Shown: positions 25,640 to 38,559, counted from the first letter of the stretch. The stretch: 64,000 bases of DNA from Lama glama (GCA_028534125.1 CM052818.1:26538001-26602000), one strand, 5' to 3'. Notes: generated from the letters alone by a model not told the origin. Program-made: numbers and translations.

Positions 25640-26060
25640 TTCTAATAGCATTTTCTAAGTAAATTAGTGATAGATTTAAAATATAGAAAGTTTGAAGAAC
25701 ACAGAAATAAAAAACAAAATCATTCAGAGATAATCACAGTGAACATCTGGTTGTAGTTTCTATTTTGAACATACTATGTATATAGCTTTTATTCTATTTT
25801 TATCAATATACCTTGTATGTTTTCCCCACCCTTAGGTATATTCTATGAAAACATCATTTTCTAATAGTAGCATAACATATTACCATATGAATGTCTAATA
25901 TTAGGCCACTTTGCTATTGTGTAATATTTAGGTTGTTGCCCATATTTTGCTATTATAAATGTAAAGATGTATTAAATATTTTTGTATGTACATTTTAATC
26001 TACATCTTGAATCATCTCCTTAAAATTAATTTTTGAAAGTATCAAAAGTGGAATTACTGG
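25640..26060 (-). mobile_element. Old L1ME-type 3'UTR fragment
   Basis: ATTTAGGTTGTTGCCCATATTTTGCTATTATAAAT...AAAAGTGGAATTACTGGATCA. Confidence 0.65.
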
Positions 26061-27159
26061 ATCAGTGTTCTGTTTTTAAATTTTGTCTTTTTTACTCAAA
26101 CTTACTTTCTTAAGAGATTCAAATAATATTGAAATATATAAAAGAAAAAATTAAAATCCCCCTTTCTGCCCATCTACTCCCATTCCCATTCTTAGATAAC
26201 TATTTCAGTCTTGAGTTGAGGTCATTTTATTATTTATCCCTTCTGTTGAATTTTTTTATTTTCACAATCCTATTTTCTATATTCATAAAACCTGTCGTTC
26301 TCTGTCTTGCTACTTCCTTATAGCTGCCTGTTCTTTTTTGATGAATGAAGTATACTTTAGGTGTGTCTTTTTTCCCAGATAGAAAATGGAATTGTTTTAA
26401 GAATGGGATTCTTTTTGGTTCTCTGAATTTCCTGTCTCCTCTAGAGTCCACTGATCTGTTCACTCATCCTGATCCTTCTTGGTGTTGGTCTTCCCCATAT
26501 ATACTGGTATTCTTGGATTTTCCACTCATCTCTATGAGTGAAGGCTTGAGAAGCTTTATTTCAGTAGCTTTGCAGTTGCAGAGGTCTTGCCTGACCCCCA
26601 CTCCAAATTGCCTGAATGGGAGAGTTGACAGTATGCTCTCTAGAAGGCTCCCAGATCCTAACAAGGAGCAGTTTGTGCCCTGGTATTCATGCAGATCTCT
26701 GTATTTTAACTTCAAGTTTATGCCTCACTGACCCCTGTGACCTGTGGCTCAGTGTCAGAGGGTTTGGGGCACAACTGGGCCCTGTTCAGTAATAATGACC
26801 CACCTATTGCCACATAGTCTTTAAATGTTCTTTGTTCTCTTAAAATTTCACTCATATCTCCCTAGCCATTTTCTTTGTGTGTTTTAGGCTGGAGTTTTCT
26901 CAACCCTTATCAATTCAATCATGTTACTTTCCATCTTCCAGGGAATTTTTCACAATTTCTGATATGTTGATGTTGCCCTCTCTTGGTGGTCTACTATTTG
27001 GTGAATATATTTTTTCTTTCATTTCAAGGGACTTAGGAGGTGGGGCAGAGATGGTCGAGTGTGCCTAAACCACCACATAGATCCAGTACATCACACCTTT
27101 TCTCTACTGTAAGAATATTATTTTACATCTGACTTTCATTCCCTATCAAAACAATCATC

Positions 27160-28444
27160 ACTGTCCATATTAAAGCGATTGTCTCATAAAGGTGTTAGAT
27201 ACAAGTATCAGAAAGTGCTGATCCAAATTGACTAGAAAAGTAAAAGAAATGCATTGACCCACATAACTGAAAGTTTCTGAGGTTATGTGTACTTCAGGTG
27301 AGGCTTGATCTAGAAGTTCAACATTGATGCCAAAGACTGCCTTCTTCAGTGTCTTCTTCATCCTAAGGTTTCATCCTGTGGTTGGAAGATGGATGCCAAG
27401 TGCTTTCAGAGCTACTTGCTTTCTTTTTCACCTCCAGCAGGAAGAGAGTGTCTTGTCAGACAGGCTTTGAAAAAGAAATTTTCCAAAGACCCCTAACAAA
27501 TGTTTCTCCACAGCTCACTGGGCCAAAATGGGTCACATGAGTCAATTGTGTGATCAAGGGGAAAGAATGTGATGATTTTAAACCAAAAAGGGCACACTCC
27601 AGATCTGATCCCTTTTTTTTTTTTTTTAAACTCAAAGATGCCACCACAGCAGGTGTCCTACTCTCTTGCAGGACTTGAAAGCATCTCTTTGTGTGAAAGG
27701 TCTCTGGGCAAGCAGGCAGTATTTGGTCTGCTGCCTGCTTCCCTTTTTCCATCAGATATGTTGTAATCATAAAGTCAAAATAACAGCATATGCCAAAACT
27801 CAAAAGCTGTTGTGCCCCGAGCATAGCTGAAATCTAGCAGAGTTTTTCCTACATAGATCAAGTTAAGTCTTCTGCCTCTATGCCACCCGTAATTCAGGTT
27901 CTGCCTTTGCTTCAGAAGTTGAGCAGAAGAATCCTCATTTGGTGCTGATTATTGCAGTCATGATTGAAACTCATTTAAGGAAAGGATTTCCATATTAAGC
28001 TATATGGCTGCTTCTCCCCAGTCCCTTCCTAACAATTCATTGCGTGGACTTCTCTCACCTAAAAGGTTGGTGGCTTTTGCTTGGAATCAGTGCTGTCTCT
28101 GTTCATGTCCTTGCTGGTCCCTGAACACATTCCTGTTACATTAAGACTTGAAAGATTTGTAGATGTGTGATGTCCAGGCACAAGATGCTGAGAGTTTATG
28201 TTACTATTCTTCGTTTGTAAATTGTCCTTTTGATACCATCTTGTTTTGTTTTGTAGGTATAAATAAAACACTGTTGGCAATTTTTTTAAAAAGGGCGCAC
28301 TCCAGATCTGAAGTTGGTTGGGGTCATCCTTCCCAGAAACAGAGGTATGAATGGAATGGGGGGATGTGTAAATTCTGAACAGAAATCAGAGTCTATTACA
28401 AAAAAGAAGGGGGATGATTAGCTAAAATAGCACATGACTACCAC
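27160..28444 (-). mobile_element. MLT1J-like MaLR LTR interrupted by a retrocopy
   Basis: Left part has TTCAGGTGAGGCTTGATCTAG and TGGGCCAAAATGGGTCACATG; right part has AAATCAGAGTCTATTACAAAAAAGAAGGGGGATG...ACTACCACA; the two parts join when 27609-28311 is removed. Confidence 0.65.
27609..28287 (+). pseudogene. G3BP2: 5'-truncated processed retrocopy of an mRNA 3'UTR, probably G3BP2
   Basis: 24-bp TSD AAAAAGGGC(A/G)CACTCCAGATCTGA at 27585-27608 and 28288-28311; AATAAA at 28262-28267, about 20 nt from the end. The terminal sequence TTGTAAATTGTCCTTTTGATACCATCTTGTTTT...GTAGGTATAAATAAAACACTGTTG matches my recollection of the G3BP2 mRNA end; the parent gene is unverified. Confidence 0.7.
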
Positions 28445-28724
28445 AGTAGTGAAATGACATGAATATTTACTCCAAAGAAGTTATCCAAGAGAAAGTGTCA
28501 GCACATTTGGGTTACAGAGCTGAGAATCTGCTTCTTACTGGAGAGTGGTTGCACTTGCCCATTGTATAAATTTTCACTTTCAAACACTTTTCATGTAATA
28601 ATGGATATATTATCTCAGGGACCTCTCCTAGGAATTTTCAAAAAACATTATATGATTTTTGTATTTTATACAAATGATTTTAAGTTAAAGTATTTACAAA
28701 GAATTTTCCAAACTAAAAATTCCA

Positions 28725-29418
28725 AGGACACAGTTCTCTAGACGTCTGCCCTCACTTAAGACACCAGTCATAAGCTTAGGGGCTCCCAAGGCCACTCTTG
28801 TTTTAGACCAGCTGGCTACAAATTCAGGGTCCCCACAGACTCCCTCAGGTTTAACAATCCACTAGCATGACTCATAGAACTCAGGAAACACTATACTCAC
28901 TGTTTTATTATAGCCAAAGGATAGAAATTAGACCCAGCCGAAGGAAGAGCTGCACAGGGGTAAGTCTGAAAGGGCCCAAATGTAAAGCTTCTGTCATCCT
29001 CAGGGATGTGTTACTCTCCTGACATTGAAATGAGACAATACTCAAAGGATATTGCCAACCAGGGAAGCTCACCTGAGCTTTAGTGTCCAGAGTTTTTACT
29101 GGCATTTCATTACATAGGCTGGTTGATGGAATCATTGGCCATGTGACTGGCCTCTCCTCTCCCCTCTGCAGAAGTTAGACTGATACGGAAGTTGGGCTGA
29201 TACCAGGTCGGTCGCTCAAAGCCCCAACCCGCTAATCACACAGCTGGTCTTTCTGGGTGACCAGCCCCTGGCCTAAGTCATCTCATTAGCACAAGCTATT
29301 AGGTGTCAAATGAGGGTCCCACCATGAATAACAAAGACACTGCTATCACTCCAGAGATTCTAAGGGTTTAGAGGTTACCTCCCAGGAACCAGAAGCCAGC
29401 CAAATTATTTATTACACA
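28725..29418 (-). mobile_element. MER21-like LTR
   Basis: GACCAGCTGGCTACAAATTCAGGG, CCAACCAGGGAAGCTCACCTGAGC and CATGAATAACAAAGACACT motifs; ends in TTATTACACA. Confidence 0.8.
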
Positions 29419-29948
29419 TATTTCATTTAGATCAGTGTATTATTAAAGTTGCATTTAAATAGATTTTATTACTATATTTAATAATTTTAGTAGATGAAGA
29501 AAAACACCCATCTTTTCACCACTTAACAAATAAGATAAAATGCTTAATTTAAATTAATTATATAACATAAAATATGATTCTCAACAAATAGATTTTAAAA
29601 TGACTTTTAAAACATTCCAAATGATTTTTAAAACACCATGTTTGAATTAGGGCCTAAATATTTATGAAACTATAGATTAAATTAGATTAAATTTATCTAT
29701 GAGTTCTGGCATCAAAAACTTATTGTGACCCAATGTTTAAATTCTTATGTTTTATGTTTTTTTTAATTTCAGAATTTATTTTTGTGATTTGACGTTTTTA
29801 AAAAAAAACATAAAAGAGAAGATTTTCAAGTACTATTTAGAAACATTTCTCTGCAAGTAATTCATTACAGGGTATTTAACCTTTATTCTCACTATATGAA
29901 GTCAATTGGTTTTAATGACCAATGTGTTTTCTATTTTTTAACTCGAGG

Positions 29949-30172
29949 TTTTTTTTTAATTGAACTATAGTCAGTTTACAATGTTGTGTCAATTTCTGGT
30001 GTACAGCACAATACTTCAGTCATATAGGAACATACATATATTCATTTTCATATCTCTTTCACCATAAGTTACTACAAGATATTGAGTATAGTTCCCTGTG
30101 CTATACAGTATAAACTCATTGTTTATCTATTTTTTATATATTAGCATCTGCAAATCTCAAACTCCCAATTTA
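29949..30172 (-). mobile_element. Camelid-type L1 3' end
   Basis: Poly(T) followed by AATTGAACTATAGTCAGTTTACAATGTTGTGTCAATTTCTGGTGTACAGC...ATAGTTCCCTGTGCTATACAG. Confidence 0.8.
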
Positions 30173-30394
30173 ATTAATGGTGGGGTTTCTATTATAATGT
30201 TGATAAAGGAGGTCATTCATTAGTTTAATTCATTAGTGTAACTATTCTAACATGGAACTCCATGGTATCAATGGTAGAAAATAAAAATGAATTACTATTT
30301 AAAGGACTGTGGTACAGATTCATCCATTTATTCTTTTATAAATTAATTGAACTACTGATTGCACTCTTTTTCACTACCTTCCTTTTCTTGAAGG

Positions 30395-33230
30395 ATTTTT
30401 TTAAATCAATGTATTGAAGTATAATTTAAATACTATAAATCCATTTAAACTTTAGAATTGATGGCTTTTGACAACTGTATACACACATGAATCCACCCCT
30501 ATAATCAAAATATAAAACATTTCCATGACCTTCAAAAGATTCTTCCTTCTCTTCACCATAGCCTCCACTAATATACTTTTCATCACTATAGATTTGTTTG
30601 CATTTTCTAGAATTTTATATATATGCAATCATACCATATGCACTCTTGAATCTGGTTTCTTTCATTTAGCATAATGACTTGGTATCCATCCATGTTATTT
30701 CTTCCATCCGTAGTTTATTCTTTTTAAATGCTGAGTAATTTTTCATCATATTGATATATCACATTTTGTTTTTCCAGTCAGCAAAAGAGATGGACATTGG
30801 GGTTGTTTTCAGCTTTGGATGACCATGAATAATGATGCTATGAACATCTGTGTACCAATCTTTTTGTGTATATAAATTTTTATTTCTCTTAGATAAATGC
30901 CTAGGACAGTTATCTGATTTGTATAATGAGTATATGTTTAACTTTTTCTTTAAAAACTACATACTCTTCCAAAATAGTTGAACCATTTTATATTTGTATG
31001 TGCAAATCTTTTGCTCATTTTTAAAACTGAGTTATGCATCTTATTATTCAGTTGTAAGATGAATTCTGTATATATTCTAGAACTGAGTCCTTGTCAGATA
31101 TGTGCATTGCAAATATTTCCTCCTGTTCCATGGCCTGCATTTTTATTTTCTTAATGATGTCTGTGGATGAGCTGTTTTTCATTTTAGTGAAATCCAAGTT
31201 ATCTTTTCTGTTTCCTTTGGTGGTTTGTGCTTAATGTGTTCTAACTGAGAAATTCTGTCTATCGAAATTCACAAAATTTTCTTCCATGTTTTCTTTTAAG
31301 ATTTTTATAGTATTAGCTTTTACAGTTAGGTCTATGATTAATTTTGAGTTAATTTTGTGCATGGAGTAAGAAAAGGGCTGATGTTTTTTCTCTTTTCATG
31401 TGGAGATCAGTCACCCCAGCACCATTTGTTGATAATCAGTTGAACAAACATACATAACTGAACTATTTCTAGACTACTCTCTACTCTTGATCTGTTTTAC
31501 TTCTGTTAATCTACATGACTATCTTTTCACAAATACCATAATGTTAATTACTTCAACTTTATAATAAGTCTTAAAATCAGGTAGTATAAGTCCTTAAACT
31601 TTGCTCTTTTTATAATTAGTTTAAGCCCTTTTAGATCAGTTGCATTTCTATGTAAATTTTAGAACCAGTGTGTCAATTTCTGCCAAAAAACAAAACTTTT
31701 TCTTGTATTATCCTTTGTATATAGTGTTGGATTCAACTTACTAAATCTCTGAGAATTTTTGCATTTAAGTTTATGAGGGATAATGGTCTGGATTTTTTTC
31801 TTTATTCTCTGTATCAGATTTTGGTATCAGAATTATGCTGGCCTCAAAACTGAGCAGGAAAGTGTTCTCCTCTCCTCTAGTCTCTGAAAGAGTTTGGGTT
31901 ATTATTCCTTTGACTATTCCATAGAATTCACCAGTGAAATCATCTGAGTCTGAAGTTTTCATTGTATAAAGGTTTTTGACAATGAATTCAATTTCATTAT
32001 TATAGAGGCTATTCAAATTTTGTTTCATCTTATATCAATTCCAGTTGTATTTTTCAAGGAATTTGTCTATGTCATCTAAAGTATCTAATTTTTGGCATAC
32101 GTTTGTTCAGAATATTCTCTTATTATCACTTTAATATCTAAAATCTGTAGTAATAAATCCTCTTTTTTTTTCCATATTGGTGATTTATGTTCTTTTCCTT
32201 CATCAACTAGGAGTTTATCCATTTTGTTGTTCTCTTCAAAGAACCTACTTTTGGATCATTTGTTTCTGTTTTGTTGATATTTGCTCTTACCTTTATTACT
32301 TTCTTTCTTTCACATACTTTGAATTTACTTTGCTCTTCTTTTTATAGTGTCTTCGGGTAGTACCTTATGTCATTTCCCTTTTTCTTTTCTACTATGAGCA
32401 TTTAAAGCCATAAATTTCCCCCAAGCACTTCTTTAGCTACATCTCACGAATTTTGACATACTGTACTTGCCTTATTACTGAGTTAAACAACACTCTATTG
32501 TGTGACTTCTTTGAACCATTAATATTTTAAAATATGATTTTTAATTGCAAAATGCTGGGGATTGACCCAGATATCTTAATGTTAATATCTTAATGTTATT
32601 GATTTCTAAGTAATTCATCATAGAGAATATATCTGTACTGTTTTAGTCCTTGTGAATTTATTAAGGCTTGTTACATGGCCTCCACCATGGTAATATTGGT
32701 GAATAAACCATCCACAATAAAATAAATATGTATTGCACACCAAAACAAATGTTTATTTTGCAGTTGTTGAGTGAGGGGTCCTATACTTATTAAACAGGTT
32801 AAGACAGTTGATCATGTATTCAGATCCTCTATGTCTTCACTGATTTTTGGTTAGTTGTCCTATCAATTCCTGAGACAGTTAAACAAATCTCCTACTAAAA
32901 TTCTGGAGTATCTCCCTAGATTTATATCCATTCTTGCTTCCTATATTTTGAGACTGTTTTTAAGCACATACACATTTATGTTTGTTTTGTTTTCCTCATC
33001 ATTCCTTTTTGTCTCTGGCAATATTCTTTTTCTTGGAGTCTCCTTTATCTGATATTGATATAGCCACCTCAGCCTTCATTTGCCATTTTTATGGCACATC
33101 TTGTCCTTGCATTTATTTTCACGCTATCACTGTCTTTATATTGCAAGTGCATCTCTTCTACTCATATAGAGTTGGGTCTTGCCTTTTTAGCCATTCTGAC
33201 AATTTTGCCTTCTTATTTGGAGTGTTTAGT
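30395..33230 (-). mobile_element. Old LINE-1 (3'UTR through ORF2, internally deleted)
   Basis: ORF 31771-32028 (EIEFIVKNL..DDFTGEFY..SFEASIILIPK) is a decayed ORF2 GPDGFTGEFY/YEASITLIPK region; L1 3'UTR motifs at ~30400-30950. Confidence 0.85.
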
Positions 33231-33620
33231 TCATTCATTTCACAAATGTGAGCTCAGCCCTTATGGTAACCTCAAAGACACAGAAATGAGGGCCCCCTAC
33301 CCCCACCAGTTCTGGCAAAGGGAGCAACTATGAATCTTAGCACTGACAGCGACCGCAAAGACAAGCACGCAAACATGCACACTTCGGAAAGTGAATCAGG
33401 GAGATTTAAACTGACTTCATCGGAATGTTTGAAACCTCAGTAAATTTGAAATAAACCAGCTGTGAACTCCCTAGAGGATAAAATTTGCTTTGTGTTGCAA
33501 CAATTTTGATATATTTAACTCTAATGTCATTGTCACAGCCCTAACAGCCTGACGGGTTTACTGGATTCAGGAACCCTTTCACTATTTAAATATTTTTGTT
33601 TTACAACTGGTTGATAATTT

Positions 33621-33714
33621 TTGTTGTTGTTGTTGTTAGTGGAAGTACTGGGGATTGAACCCAGGACCTTGTACATGCCAAGCACACACTCTACCATGGA
33701 GCTTTACCCTCCCC
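33621..33714 (-). mobile_element. tRNA-derived SINE (Vic-1-like)
   Basis: Reverse strand reads GGGGAGGGTAAAGCTCCATGGTAGAG...GGGTTCAATCCCCAGTAC with an (AAC)n tail; degenerate TSD CTGG(A)TTGATAA. Confidence 0.85.
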
Positions 33715-34279
33715 TGGATTGATAAAATTGAATAAATAAATTCCTCATGAAAATCTTCTGCACAAGAAATTCTAAAGAGACCAGTAAAAATATCAAAAGC
33801 CCATTTTCAGTCCTGACTAAAATATATAAAACAATAAATCAAGCAAATTTCTTCTCTTTTCCTAAAACTGTCAGGCAGTGAAAGTCAGAACTAAGTTAAT
33901 GCCTTGCACTCTTAGGGCTTCTGTTAAAAACGTGATCCAAATCTTTTCTATCTAAAGGTTCTTCAAAATATATAGCTAACCAGTTCAAAAAAGAATTGTC
34001 TAGTTCATTTTCTTGCCTAATAAACATTTTTCAAAACAAGTTGATAGCTAAAAAATGAATGATAAGATTTTGGGGGTAAGTTTCTGATTCTCAGTGAAAA
34101 AATACCTCTACCCATCTTTGAAGGCCCTAATTAAGACTTGTGTCTTTCCTGAACCCTCCAGACCATGAGTATCCACTAGTCTGAGAAGGTGCTAACACTC
34201 AATAACCAGTGTTAAGCCAACTGACGATCGGGCTACAGCCCAGCCTCTCGGCAGTTAGAACTCTAGTTATTTCCACCAT

Positions 34280-34460
34280 TAATTCATCATGTATAAAGCA
34301 CTAGGCACAGTGCTATGTCTTAATCATACATTATCTCATTTAATCTTCCCAGCAACCCTTCACAGGAAACCCAGGTTCAAGGCTTGCCCAATATCTCACA
34401 GCCAGTAAATGGCAGAGCCAGGATTTAAAACCAACTGTTTTGTTTCCAAAGCCCATGCTG
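34280..34460 (-). mobile_element. MIR SINE
   Basis: CATTATCTCATTTAATCTTCCCAGCAACCCT...AGTAAATGGCAGAGCCAGGATTTAAA. Confidence 0.7.
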
Positions 34461-34509
34461 TTAATCTTCATGGTATCTAATAGATTTAATCCCTTTACAA
34501 CTACTTCTC

Positions 34510-34720
34510 TGTGTGGCTTTGGAATCTTAGAGACCAGAGTTCAAAACTTGCTTCTTCTCCTCTCTAGTTATTTGTCCTCCGGTTACCTCTGAACCTGAAT
34601 TTCCCCATTCGTAAAATGAAGGTAATGACATCTCCTTTGATGGAACGTTTCAAAGATTAAATGACTTAATGCATGTAAACAATACATAGTCTTGACCACA
34701 AACTCCATTATTGTTCTTTT
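34510..34720 (+). mobile_element. MIR SINE
   Basis: CCTCTGAACCTGAATTTCCCCATTCGTAAAATG...AAGATTAAATGACTTAATGCATGTAAA. Confidence 0.65.
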
Positions 34721-35529
34721 ATTTCCTGATTCAAGCTCCCAGCTTCCAGCCCTGGGTGACCAGAAGCTCTATAGTGTGGTCCATAATGTATGCTAAAGAA
34801 GACAATCTATCCTCACTCTTGCACACTTTCCATATCTCAGGGAAGCATGGAGGAAATACCATGAGCTGACTGCTTTATAAAATTCTACCACCCATCTCCC
34901 TCAACTGCAACCCCACCCCTGCAAAGCCTTCCACTCCACCATGGAAGATATAGGACCTCAAGTGCAATTAATCTTGAAAGAACCAGCACAGAAAATACAA
35001 GAATTCCACACAAGTATTTAAGATGTAATATCTAATCATTTCCTAATGAGAACTTGTTACAGAATCTAAGAGCACTAACACCTCAGAAGAAGGAGGGGAA
35101 GGGAGGGGAGCAAACTTCAAAATTTGGCCCCATCTCAGCTCCATACCCTAAGCTGTGTTTCTCAGTTCCTGTGACTCAGGTGGAGTCCACATCTGACAAA
35201 AGGCACCCAACACTTGGGGAACACCTCCATCCCTACACACACACACACATACACACCACCTCTATAGCAAGCTTATCCGCAGGGTGCAATTCACTTTTCT
35301 CTAGCCCTCAACTTCTCCATCTCCAAAATAAGGTGATTCTACTGAATTGATCTCTAATGTCCTAGCCAATCCTGACATTCTGTGCTGAAATAACCATTCC
35401 TTCAAACAGAGGATAAAAGCTGGACATAGTCTTATTCCTGTGGAACAACTACACAACTGTAGGACAATCTGTGCCCCACTGCGTGCCTCCTCTGGCTGCA
35501 GTGAAGACAGAGCCCCCGCATGTGTGCTG

Positions 35530-36750
35530 AATTCTTCTCTCTATTTACTCTCACATTTTGGTGATCTCATCCAGGCTTGTAGCTGTAAATACCACCCCCC
35601 CGCCCCCGGCAAATCATCATTTATCTCTAGCCCAGACCTGTCCCCTGACCTCCATACATGTACAAAATAGTCTCCATCTCCACTTGGATGTCTAGTAAAC
35701 ACCTCAGACTTACAAGTGCTGAACCAAGTTGCTGACATTTGCCCCTAAGTCTGCTCCTGCCCATCCTTCCCCTTGTCCCTTAACGTCAGTTTCACCTTTC
35801 CTGCCGCTCAGATGCTTGACTCCTCTCTTTATCTAACATCCTCCATCTGATTTCTTGTGAAATCCTGTTGACACAACTTACAAAATGTATCCAGAATCCA
35901 AGTATTCGTCATCACCTCCACTGCTGCCATCTTGGTCCAAGTCACCATCATCTGTCATTCCCAGTGTTACCAGAGCTCCTAACTGATCTCCTAACTTCTA
36001 CCCTGGACCCCGTCAGTGTCTTTTCTCAGCAGAGCGTCCAGCTTTATCCTCCTAAAACAAAAGTCAGATTGTCATTCCCCTGTCCAAACCTTACAGTTGC
36101 TCCCCTTTTCTTTCATAGGAAAAGCCAAGGCCAACCTGGCCTTGCATGGCCTCTCTGACTTCCCTTCCCTCACTCTCCTCTGTGCTGTGCCCTCCCAGAT
36201 ACTTTCTTTAATTATTTTTTATTTTCAGAGGGGTAATTAGGTTTATTTATTTTTAATGGGGATACTGGAGATTGCACCCAGGACCTTGTGCGTGCTAAGC
36301 AGGCATTCTACCACTGAGTTAGGCCCTTCTGCCCTCCCAGATGCTCCCTGAATATGTTAAACAAGCCCTCGGGGCCTTTGTGCTTTGCTCATCCCTCTGT
36401 CCCTCTGAAGAGCACTGACCTGCTTAATCACCTCCTTGGGTGGCTCCCTATTCAAAACTGCAAACGTGCCCCTACCCAGAGCAGCGCTCTTCCCCTCTGG
36501 CCCTTTTTAAATTTTCTGCATCACACTTATCATCTAACATAGTAAGCATTTAACTGATTGAAAGATCAATTCTCTCTCTCTTACACATACATAAATGTAA
36601 GCTCCACAATGGCTTATTTAAAAAAAAAAAAACCTTACTGAGATACAATTGACATGTACAGTGGCTTGCATTTTTGCTCATTGCCGAATCTCCCATACCT
36701 AGAACTGTGCCCAACACATAAGGGGTTTATAATATTTGCTAAATGAATGA
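35530..36750 (+). mobile_element. L2 LINE 3' portion, interrupted by a SINE and a small L1 tail
   Basis: GGTGATCTCATCCAG, CTCCACTTGGATGTCTA and AAAATGTATCCAGAATC motifs; terminal ATATTTGCTAAATGAATGA. Confidence 0.8.
36204..36329 (-). mobile_element. tRNA-derived SINE (Vic-1-like) with 16-bp TSD
   Basis: Homologous to 33621-33714 and 45057-45180; TSD TGCCCTCCCAGAT(A/G)CT at 36188-36203 and 36330-36345. Confidence 0.9.
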
Positions 36751-36769
36751 CTTGAGCAGTATACTTCCA

Positions 36770-37160
36770 AATTGTAGGTGATAAGTTGGGAGGAGTAACT
36801 AACTACCCAAGTCTCTGATAACAATAGGCATGTCAAGTGTGTCCTTACAGGTCTTCTTGCTTGCATATCTCTGTAACTGGCAGCTAGATGCATTAGTCCT
36901 AGATTGCACATAGCTGACCTAACTAGTCGCTGGTGCCTGTGAACTCTGAGGGAAAGGTTGCATTCACACCAAGTCTCTGAGTGCTCTGCTCCTTGGGTCA
37001 CGGTGGGTCTATAGTAATTCATTTGGGCCCCTATAGAAGGCATGGTGGTGAAGCTAAGCCCGCCAGCTCATCTGGGAACTCCATAGCTGGGTGAACCAAG
37101 TCCTGTTGGCTCCCCAAGGACCCAGCCTGCCATCATCATATTTGGCACGAAACAGGGACT
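36770..37160 (+). mobile_element. Putative old LTR followed by a primer-binding-site-like motif
   Basis: ...CATCA-TATT-TGGCACGAAACAGGGAC (37143-37159) resembles the tRNA-Lys PBS TGGCGCCCGAACAGGGAC; the 5' boundary is uncertain. Confidence 0.4.
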
Positions 37161-37974
37161 CCAGATCCAGAGTTACTTGAGGTTGAACCCATCAGTGTTT
37201 GAGTAGCTTCCTCCTCTATGTCTCTCCAAGACTGGAGGCAGCCAAGAATGTGGTGTGAGATCTTTGCATGAGGCTGGGAGTGTGTGTGGGTTTGGTTTTG
37301 CACGCAGCTTTGATTTCCTCATCTGAGCCATTTGCACACAGCATATAAACACTGACAGGATATTGACTCAGAATGAAGACTCAGCAGCTGAGAGGTTCTG
37401 TACTGCAACATCTTCCACAAGAGATGGTGCCTCTAGCCCTGTGAGTTCTTGGGAGTTAGAGATGGTGTGAGCTGGATGGGATGTGAGTATTAAACAGAGT
37501 TTCAAGTTTATCACACAAAGTGGAGCTGTTTTCACGTATTTGTCACGATCATGATCTCCTTTAGAACGGGGCGGAACTGGTTTATGTTTCCTTCCTTGGC
37601 ACCTAGTCCTGTGCCTGGCGCATGAACGGGCTCAGTAAATCTGTGGCACCACTTTTAACTGCACACAAATCTCATAAGGATTCCTGTTCCCCCTTTGAAA
37701 TTAGGAAGAATAACTATGTGCATATTCTTCGTGCTTATCATTTCAAAATTGATTACAACAAACAGGAATTGATTCTGTACTAAGGGAAAAAAAGACGCTG
37801 TCCTTGCCCCTTTCAACTGAAATTTTTTGTAGCATAAGGAAGTATGTGGTGTGGTAGAAACAAATTACAGAGGCAAAATATTAAAAGTACAATTTCATAA
37901 TAGTCTTCTTAAGTAAGAGGTTTAAAGTACTGCTTCTGAAGCAAGAGACTATTTTGAGAGCCACTCTCAGGGAA

Positions 37975-38230
37975 TCAAGCACAATGGCTAATAGTTAGCC
38001 TGTGGCATTGGCCAACTTGGTTCCAAACCCTAGCTCTGATGTTTGCAAACTGTGATCCTCAGTAAGTTACTTAACCTCCCTGAGCCTCAGCGTCTTCATC
38101 CCAGAAGTGGAGATAAAAAGTGGTGCCCACTGTGGTGGGTTGTTAAGGTAAGTAAATAATGTCTATAAAGGGCTTACTTAGCGCAATGCCTCAGTAGAAT
38201 AAGTGATGGTTATTAGTGTCATTATTGTTA
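37975..38230 (+). mobile_element. MIR SINE, near full length
   Basis: TAAGTTACTTAACCTCCCTGAGCCTCAG...GGGTTGTTAAGG...TATAAAGGGCTTAC. Confidence 0.75.
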
Positions 38231-38559
38231 TTAATCGGGCCCTCCCGCACTTAATTAACCCAGTGGGAGCTCCGTAGGTGTAGTTCCCACTCAGTCTCAG
38301 AGGACGATGGTCCTTTTTGATGTCAGACCCAAGTTCTCTTCTCTGAGTGCAATGACGTTGTTGCACTCCCAGCTTCCTTGATCCTGAGGAAATTCTAACA
38401 TGTTGTTTTCTCTCCTGAGTAGGGTGGGTCCTACTCTCTCTCTCCAATGCATTCAAAAGTATCTCTCCTTCTTTCCACCTTCCACTCAACTAGACTTAAC
38501 TTGTTAGCTCTAGACAAAGGCTCTTTGCTTTCCCACAACTCTTCTCTTTTCTCATAGTA

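Noticed and set aside
31771..32028. ORFs with L1 ORF2 motifs (also 10588, 43678, 44779, 52565 and 53820)
   Set aside because: These are short fragments of decayed L1 ORF2 bounded by stops and frameshifts, not genes or active retroelements.
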